This document shows positions 57,881-64,000 of a DNA stretch of 64,000 nt, piece after piece (within the stretch, counting starts at the first letter, position 1; the number at the start of each line of letters is the position of its first letter). The notes below the pieces were generated by a model. That model was not told where the DNA came from. It saw only the letters and a program-made list of their open reading frames with translations, and ran no database searches. The translations under genes and the position numbers were made by a program. Where the stretch lies: positions 30,159 through 94,158 of the forward strand of contig CAYXSY010000003.1 in assembly GCA_964467905.1 (NCBI GenBank). The letters run 5' to 3'. The stretch comes from an uncultured Planctomycetales bacterium. Lineage in GTDB: Bacteria > Omnitrophota > Gorgyraeia > Gygaellales > Profunditerraquicolaceae.

Positions 57881-58633
57881 ATGAGCTACACTATCGCTAT
57901 CGCAGGTAAGGGGGGGACAGGAAAAACTACCATAGCCGCTCTTATATTAAAAGCCCTAAAAGAAAGAAAAACCGGTTCTATTCTGGCTGTTGATGCTGAT
58001 CCAAACAATAATTTAGGAGAAGCGCTAGGGATTAAAGTAGAAGAAACCGTAGGCAGCGTTATAGACCAGATTGCCGTTCATCCCGAGAATGTTCCTGCGG
58101 GGATGAGCAAAGACAGATTTATTGATTATAAAGTACAGACTATAATCAAAGAGACAGAGGGGTTCGATCTTTTGACCATGGGCACCCCGGAAGGGCCGGG
58201 ATGTTACTGTTATGCCAATAATATCTTAAGAGAAACCATTTCTAAGATCAGCCGTGATTATGATTTTGTCATAATCGATAATGAAGCGGGCCTAGAACAT
58301 TTCTCGCGCAGAACAACAAGATATGCCGATATTCTTATTATTGTATCGGATAACAGCAAAATAGGCATAAAATCGGCACTTAGAATTAAGAATTTGATAC
58401 ACGAATTAAAAATAAAAGTAAAAAAAACCGGTCTTTTGATTAATCGGTCCAAGAGAAATAACGAATCCTGTGATTTTACCCATACGGATCTGGATCTGCT
58501 AGGAGTTATACCAGAGGATGAGACTATATCAATGTTGAGTACTGATGGGGTATCTTTGTTTAATTTAAGTAACCAGGCGCCGGGTATGCGCGCCATTGAA
58601 AAAATAGGAGAATATATATGGCAGGAGAAATAG
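57881..58633 (+). CDS. cooC: CooC/AcsF-type nickel-insertion ATPase
   Basis: 250 aa. Deviant Walker A AGKGGTGKTT. MinD/ParA fold. CxC motif (GCYC). Confidence 0.75.
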   Translation: MSYTIAIAGKGGTGKTTIAALILKALKERKTGSILAVDADPNNNLGEALGIKVEETVGSVIDQIAVHPENVPAGMSKDRFIDYKVQTIIKETEGFDLLTMGTPEGPGCYCYANNILRETISKISRDYDFVIIDNEAGLEHFSRRTTRYADILIIVSDNSKIGIKSALRIKNLIHELKIKVKKTGLLINRSKRNNESCDFTHTDLDLLGVIPEDETISMLSTDGVSLFNLSNQAPGMRAIEKIGEYIWQEK

Positions 58634-59583
58634 TCATTGAAAAGTGGAGCGGTGAAGTTGCAGTTACTAAGATAGGGGCAACCAAAGAAGAGGGAGGCAC
58701 GAGAAATAAAACGATTCAGGTTGGAGGACAAAAAACCCTACCGTTTCTATTTAAAGAGGGGAGTATTCCCAATAAGCCGGTTATTGCTTTTGAGGTATCT
58801 GATGCGCCTAGCTCTGATTTACCGGAAGAATTATCAAGGCCGTATAATGATGTAATTAATGACCCTATTGCCTGGGCAGAAAAATGCGTATCTGAATATA
58901 AAGCAGAACTTATTTGCTTGAGGTTGCAGGGCGCTCATCCTGATTCGGGAGATAAAACACCCGAAGAAGAGGCTGATCTTGTAAGAAAAATGCTAAAAGC
59001 AATAAAAGTGCCCTTGATTATTGTCGGCTCTTCAGATAGCGCAAAAGATAACTTAGTGCTGCCTGCTTGTTCTGAAGCAGCCAAAGGAGAAAGATGCCTT
59101 ATAGGCAGCGCCTTACAAGATAACTATAAGACTTTAACCGCAGCTATTTTAGCTGATGGACATAACATAATAGCAGAATCTCCCATTGATATTAATATTG
59201 CCAAGCAGCTAAACATACTTATTTCAGATATGGGCCTTCCATTAGAAAGAATAGTAATCAATCCTACAATAGGAGCCTTAGGTTATGGCCTGGAATATGC
59301 TTATTCCATAATGGAACGCTCTAGGCTAGCTGCATTAGCCGGAGATAAAACTATGGGCCTTAGCTTTATCTGTTTTGTAGCGCAGGAATCCTGGCGCGCG
59401 AAAGAAGCAAAAGCAACAGAAGGAGAATTTCCTACTTGGGGAGCTTTAGCCAACCGTGGTATAATGTGGGAAGTCATAACTGCCACAGCCCTCATACAGG
59501 CAGGTTCGGATATACTAGTAATGCGGCACCCTCTTGCGATTGAAAAAGTAAAGAAATATATCGATAGTTTAATGGCAGGTTAA
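58618..59583 (+). CDS. acsD: corrinoid iron-sulfur protein small subunit (acetyl-CoA decarbonylase/synthase delta)
   Basis: 321 aa. TIM-barrel CdhD family. Length and position match the acs operon. Confidence 0.7.
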   Translation: MAGEIVIEKWSGEVAVTKIGATKEEGGTRNKTIQVGGQKTLPFLFKEGSIPNKPVIAFEVSDAPSSDLPEELSRPYNDVINDPIAWAEKCVSEYKAELICLRLQGAHPDSGDKTPEEEADLVRKMLKAIKVPLIIVGSSDSAKDNLVLPACSEAAKGERCLIGSALQDNYKTLTAAILADGHNIIAESPIDINIAKQLNILISDMGLPLERIVINPTIGALGYGLEYAYSIMERSRLAALAGDKTMGLSFICFVAQESWRAKEAKATEGEFPTWGALANRGIMWEVITATALIQAGSDILVMRHPLAIEKVKKYIDSLMAG

Positions 59584-59601
59584 AAAATATAATAGGAAGC
59601 T

Positions 59602-60390
59602 ATGTTTATAATCGGCGAATTAATTAACGGGATGTATAAAAATATATCCGGTGCAATTAAATCTAAGGATAAAACCGAAATCCAGAAGACTGCTATTGCA
59701 CAAATTCAAGCTGGTGCTGACGCCCTAGATGTTAACTGCGGTCCGGCTTCACGCGATCCGGTATCCGATATCCAGTGGCTTGTTGAAGTAATCCAGGAAG
59801 TAACTAATAAACCACTGTCTCTGGATTCAAGCAAGACCGAAGTCATTAGCTCCGGATTAAAAGTCTGTAGAAATGAGGTTGTCATAAATTCGACTACCGC
59901 TGACGAAGAAAAATTAGACGCTATCCTGCCTTTAGCCAAGAAATATAATGCCAAGCTCATAGGCTTAACTATAAGCCAAAAAGGTATCCCGCAAAACAAA
60001 GACCAGCGCCTGGAATTAGCTGCAAAAATTATAGGCACTTGCCTCGAACAAGAATTCCCAACTGATAATCTTTATCTTGACCCCATAGTCATGCCTGTTA
60101 ATGTTGCCCAGATTCAAATGCAGGATATATTAGAGTCTATACGCGAATTCGGACTTCTATCCGAACCACGTTCTCATACGATAATCGGACTAAGCAATGT
60201 CTCTCAGGGGGCGACTAACCGTAGCCTAATCAACAGGACATTTCTTACCTTAGCAATCAGTTACGGCCTTGACGCCGCAATCTTAAACCCGCTCGATAAA
60301 CATCTAATGGAAACATCCATAGCTTCAGAGTTAATTCTTAACAAGCATATATATTGCGATTCGTTCCTGGATGCTTACAAAAAGAAGTAA
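59602..60390 (+). CDS. acsE: methyltetrahydrofolate:corrinoid/iron-sulfur protein methyltransferase (pterin-binding, DHPS-like)
   Basis: 262 aa, the same size as characterised MeTr. Motifs GELINGM, DALDVNCGPAS and GLSNVSQG. Confidence 0.7.
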   Translation: MFIIGELINGMYKNISGAIKSKDKTEIQKTAIAQIQAGADALDVNCGPASRDPVSDIQWLVEVIQEVTNKPLSLDSSKTEVISSGLKVCRNEVVINSTTADEEKLDAILPLAKKYNAKLIGLTISQKGIPQNKDQRLELAAKIIGTCLEQEFPTDNLYLDPIVMPVNVAQIQMQDILESIREFGLLSEPRSHTIIGLSNVSQGATNRSLINRTFLTLAISYGLDAAILNPLDKHLMETSIASELILNKHIYCDSFLDAYKKK

Positions 60391-60399
60391 CGATACTCT

Positions 60400-60792
60400 A
60401 TGCCCAGAAGAAAGATCCTTAGACACATTTTTAAAATAAGAGGGCTCGAGAACAGCCTCGGTTTTGCCCTTAAGGGCATATTGTATCTTTTTCTCTATCA
60501 TCGTAATATGCGTATTATATTCCTACTGGGCCTGCTTACTTTAGTAGCGGGAATGTCTCTTAATGTCAGCCCGATAGAATTAGCAATACTTTGTGTTACC
60601 ATAACTATAGTTTTTGTGGCGGAGATCTTTAATACCGCGATTGAAATGTCGATGGACATGTTAAAAACAAAGTATCATACAAGGATAAAAATTGTTAAGG
60701 ATATTGCCGCAGCAGTAGTTTTGATAGCAGCCATGAATGCCGGCATTGTAGGCTTTATAATATTATTTAATAAACTATCCGCATACTTATGA
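60400..60792 (+). CDS. dgkA: diacylglycerol kinase
   Basis: 130 aa. Three TM helices. Motif EIFNTAIE....D....H......KD.AAAVVL matches the DgkA signature. Confidence 0.75.
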   Translation: MPRRKILRHIFKIRGLENSLGFALKGILYLFLYHRNMRIIFLLGLLTLVAGMSLNVSPIELAILCVTITIVFVAEIFNTAIEMSMDMLKTKYHTRIKIVKDIAAAVVLIAAMNAGIVGFIILFNKLSAYL

Positions 60793-61175
60793 AGAAAATA
60801 CTACCTCATATATTAATTACCATATTATCATTGGTTGTCTTTGGGTTGGCATTAGCCCAAAATCTGCCTACTGCAAGCCAGATAGAAAGGACAAACCAGC
60901 TTCTAAATGCCCAAGATAGATTAAATAAGATAATCCAGAACCCGCGGAGTTTTTATATTAAAGATATCACCTTAAAAGTAGATGGTAGTTGTAGAAAAAT
61001 ATCGCTAAAAGAAGCTATTGAGCCGTATAAAAACAGGTGGCTTACAGAAACCGATATACAGGAGTTAATTGAGCTGCTAAAAGAAAGCTGCGGCCAGAAA
61101 ACAGATATTTCTTATCGCATAAAAGATAACACGCTTGAGATAGAAATCGTTGACTTTAAGACAGATTTGCATTAA
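60789..61175 (+). CDS. small secreted hypothetical protein
   Basis: 128 aa. Signal peptide MKKILPHILITILSLVVFGLALA. Confidence 0.4.
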   Translation: MKKILPHILITILSLVVFGLALAQNLPTASQIERTNQLLNAQDRLNKIIQNPRSFYIKDITLKVDGSCRKISLKEAIEPYKNRWLTETDIQELIELLKESCGQKTDISYRIKDNTLEIEIVDFKTDLH

Positions 61176-61209
61176 ACTAAAGATAAATTGTTTACTCAAG
61201 GAGAGTGTA

Positions 61210-62925
61210 ATGAAAAGAGAAAGAATAGCACCATTTATATTATCTTTCTTCCTGATTAATATGTTTTTTTGCCTCCAAAATGCTAATGCCCAAGCCACCC
61301 CGGCACAAATACAGAAATCCATCCTAGACACAAACAAAGAAGAAAAACTGCGCGAGATTATAGACCAAAAGAAAAAGAAGCCGGATATCGAAGAAGAACA
61401 GCAAAAAGAAGCCCCTCTTGCAAAAGAAGGGAAAAAGGTTTTAGTTAAGAAAATCTCTGTGTCTGGAGTATCTATTCTACCTGCGGAAACAATTAACAGT
61501 ATTACAGCTTCTTACCAGAATAAAGAGGTTTCCTTAAGGCAGATGGAAGAATTGGCTAATCTTATAACTGATGCTTATCGTAAAAACGGATATATAACTT
61601 CCAGGGCGTACCTTCCACCGCAAAAGATAGAAAATGGCATACTGCAAATCCGCGTAATAGAAGGGACTACGGGGGATATTAAGTTTGCAGGAAACCGCTT
61701 CTTTAAAACATCCATGCTAAGAAAGAAAATACCCCTTCAAAAAGGCGAGCCTTTTGACTACGAATCTCTAAGAAAAGGGTTAAGCAGGATAAATGAGCAA
61801 CCTGACCGCAATGCAAAGGCCGTACTTATGCCGGGGAAAGAAACCGGCACAACTGATGTCCTGGTTGAAGTAAAAGACAAGCTACCGATTCATCTAGGAT
61901 TCGATTGGGATACTTTCGGCTCAAGATATATTGATAAAGACCGCTATCGCGCCACCCTTACCCACAATAATTTGACCGGCAACGATGATGTATTTACTAC
62001 CCAATATCAGCTTTCACAAAGAGAAGATTACACGCTTCTTAGTTTAAGATACCTGTATCCTTTAAGAGAAGATTTCAAGTTAGGCTTCTTCGGTGCCCAC
62101 TCTAAGATATCGCTGGGAAAAGAATTAAGAGCCCTAAATGCCAGGGGTAAATCAAAAATGTATAGTATATACACTATACATTCACTTATTAATTCGGAAA
62201 AAACAAGCTTGAATGTTAATTTCGGATTTGATTATAAGGATGTCTTTAACTTCCAGCTGGGCAATGAAACAAGCAGAGATAGGTTGCGCATAGCTAAAGC
62301 AGGGGTGGATTTAGACATAAGTGACATTTATGGCAGAACCTTAATCTTTAACGAAATGGATTTTGGCATACCGAATATATTAGGAGGGCTGGAAACAAAA
62401 GATCCCAGAGCATCGCGCGTTGGATCCGGAGGAAAGTTCTTTAAAGACACGATTAATTTACTTAGGTTACAGAAACTCCCCTTTGATATGACTGCTCTCT
62501 GGAAAAACCAGATGCAACTTACTAATAATACCATGACGGCAACTGAACAATTTCAGATTGGCGGTATCGTTAATGTAAGGGGATATCCTCCTGCAGAGGT
62601 AGTTGGAGACACGGGTTATTCTATGACCTGGGAATTATCTGTGCCTCTGTATTTTATTCCTAAAGATATTAAAGTTCCTTTTTCAAGGGCAAAACTTTAT
62701 GATGCAGTCAGATTTGTCGGCTTCTACGATTGGGCCAACGCGCATTTAAAGAACCCTCAACCGGGAGAAGAGAAAAACAAGACCTTAAGAGGTGCGGGTT
62801 GCGGCATAAGATTCAACCTGCCAGAAGATTTTTCTGTTAGGGTAGAGTTTGCCTGGCCACTAGACAATACTCCTTCCGACGGCAAAAATCTGCAGAAATG
62901 GTTTGAGGTTTCTAAGAGCTTTTAG
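61210..62925 (+). CDS. two-partner secretion outer-membrane transporter (ShlB/FhaC/HecB family, TpsB)
   Basis: Signal peptide. POTRA/ShlB-type N-domain (VKKISVSGVSILPAETINSI...ITSRAYLPPQKIENGILQIRVIEGTTGDIKFAGN). C-terminal beta-barrel ending in an aromatic residue. Start set at the ATG at 61210 with RBS AAGGAGAG. Confidence 0.75.
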   Translation: MKRERIAPFILSFFLINMFFCLQNANAQATPAQIQKSILDTNKEEKLREIIDQKKKKPDIEEEQQKEAPLAKEGKKVLVKKISVSGVSILPAETINSITASYQNKEVSLRQMEELANLITDAYRKNGYITSRAYLPPQKIENGILQIRVIEGTTGDIKFAGNRFFKTSMLRKKIPLQKGEPFDYESLRKGLSRINEQPDRNAKAVLMPGKETGTTDVLVEVKDKLPIHLGFDWDTFGSRYIDKDRYRATLTHNNLTGNDDVFTTQYQLSQREDYTLLSLRYLYPLREDFKLGFFGAHSKISLGKELRALNARGKSKMYSIYTIHSLINSEKTSLNVNFGFDYKDVFNFQLGNETSRDRLRIAKAGVDLDISDIYGRTLIFNEMDFGIPNILGGLETKDPRASRVGSGGKFFKDTINLLRLQKLPFDMTALWKNQMQLTNNTMTATEQFQIGGIVNVRGYPPAEVVGDTGYSMTWELSVPLYFIPKDIKVPFSRAKLYDAVRFVGFYDWANAHLKNPQPGEEKNKTLRGAGCGIRFNLPEDFSVRVEFAWPLDNTPSDGKNLQKWFEVSKSF

Positions 62926-63034
62926 GGCTTTAAAAATAGGGCATAAGGCTTGACAAACAGCCTGTCCTGCAGTATACTTATTCTATTGTTCATACCAAAA
63001 ATAAGAAAATAAAGATCCAATCAAAAGTTTCTTC

Positions 63035-64000
63035 ATGCAAAAAAAGCAAACAATCAAAACTTCTTCTATAATATTATTTTTCGCATTGATTCTCTCTTTG
63101 CCTTCATTAGGATTCTCTCAGTCTGTTTCGGGAGTAAACGGTGAACAGGTAATCCATGGAAATGTAACTTTCGATAGGTCTGTAGCTAATGAATTAAGAA
63201 TAAATGCTTCTTCAGACAGGTCTATTGTCAATTACAACAATTTTAGTATCGCTCAAAACGAAACAGTAAGATTCAATCTTCCCCAATCAACATCCGCTAT
63301 TTTAAATCGAGTGGTAGGAGTAAACCCTTCAGAAATCTTAGGCTCAATTGTTTCAAACGGACAGGTCTTCTTAACTAATCCCAATGGTGTAATCTTTGGC
63401 CAAAATGCACGCGTTGATATGCCTGCATTAGTTGCATCCACTTTAGATATTTCCAATGAAAATTTCTTAAGCGGAAATTATCAGTTTCAAAAAGTTCCCG
63501 GTAAAAATGGTTACATAATTAACCGCGGACAAATTACTATTAAAAACGGTGGGTATGTTTGTTTGTTGTCTGAAGCCATAGACAATCAAGGAGTAATTTT
63601 AGCCAATCTAGGAACAGTTGTTTTGGCAAGCGGCGAAAAAATGACTTTAGCCTTAGATGATTTAAATGATATTTCTGTAGTAATAGATGAGGCAGTAAAA
63701 GAGAAAATCTTTGGGCCAGATGGTCAATTTAAAAGCGCAATCAAGAATAGCGGGACCATACAAGCAGATGGCGGAAAAGTCATCCTTACCGCAAAGGTGT
63801 TAAATAACGTATTTGATTACGCAATTAATAACACGGGCTTAATCCAGGCAAAATCCTTAGTAGAACATGATGGCGTAGTTGAGCTAGTTGCAGATAACGC
63901 CCCTGTAATTAATATAGGTAAGATAGAAGCAGGAAAAGTCAATATTAAGGTAAGAAACTCGGACTTTATTAACAAGGGTGATATTATTAGCGATGGCAAC
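63035..64000 (+). CDS. TpsA-type exoprotein N-terminus (filamentous-haemagglutinin TPS secretion domain); continues past the window end
   Basis: Signal peptide. TPS domain with NPNGVIFG motif, then beta-helical repeats. No stop before nt 64000. Confidence 0.75.
   Translation, partial: MQKKQTIKTSSIILFFALILSLPSLGFSQSVSGVNGEQVIHGNVTFDRSVANELRINASSDRSIVNYNNFSIAQNETVRFNLPQSTSAILNRVVGVNPSEILGSIVSNGQVFLTNPNGVIFGQNARVDMPALVASTLDISNENFLSGNYQFQKVPGKNGYIINRGQITIKNGGYVCLLSEAIDNQGVILANLGTVVLASGEKMTLALDDLNDISVVIDEAVKEKIFGPDGQFKSAIKNSGTIQADGGKVILTAKVLNNVFDYAINNTGLIQAKSLVEHDGVVELVADNAPVINIGKIEAGKVNIKVRNSDFINKGDIISDGN

Noticed and set aside
1-64000. CRISPR arrays, rRNA genes, IS elements outside the tRNA-associated island
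   Set aside because: No regularly spaced short direct repeats, no rRNA-like conserved stretches and no transposase-like ORFs or terminal inverted repeats were seen on manual inspection.

Overview
This 64-kb bacterial window is AT-rich with a K/I/N-rich proteome and carries Wood-Ljungdahl corrinoid genes; the lineage cannot be assigned from sequence alone. Almost everything is on the + strand and looks like core chromosome. That includes a leuC-pilT-leuD block with IDH/MDH/Lpd dehydrogenases, dusB, cvpA, dnaG-rpoD, ruvCA, scpB, an aromatic amino-acid cluster, cmk, lepA, lepB, plsY, gatCAB, ctp, tsaD and mgtC, plus a partial acsC-RACo-cooC-acsD-acsE cluster and a two-partner secretion pair at the right edge. 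The main accessory feature is a ~10-kb integrative element (12396-22479) inserted in a tRNA-Met gene and flanked by exact 39-bp direct repeats; a tRNA-Val follows. It carries a tyrosine integrase, an AlpA-like excisionase, a Toprim/P-loop primase-helicase next to a TTGCAA iteron array, a lone terminase large subunit, a tape-measure-like protein, an HK97-gp10-like protein, MerR and XRE regulators with an operator palindrome, and a promoter-plus-double-terminator cassette that may encode a small RNA. No capsid or portal gene is present, so it is either a phage-satellite-like element or a decayed prophage. A second notable locus (35951-42001) encodes four consecutive signal-peptide proteins that resemble an archaic chaperone-usher-type fimbrial system, with an unusual 926-aa outer-membrane component. 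Other points worth a second look are a bactofilin fused to an excisionase-type HTH next to an HTH-transmembrane protein, a 1076-aa glycoside-phosphorylase-like gene on the minus strand, and an RNase P RNA downstream of rnhA. No CRISPR array or rRNA was seen. All calls rest on motif-level reading of the supplied translations and on manual repeat inspection; no searches were run.
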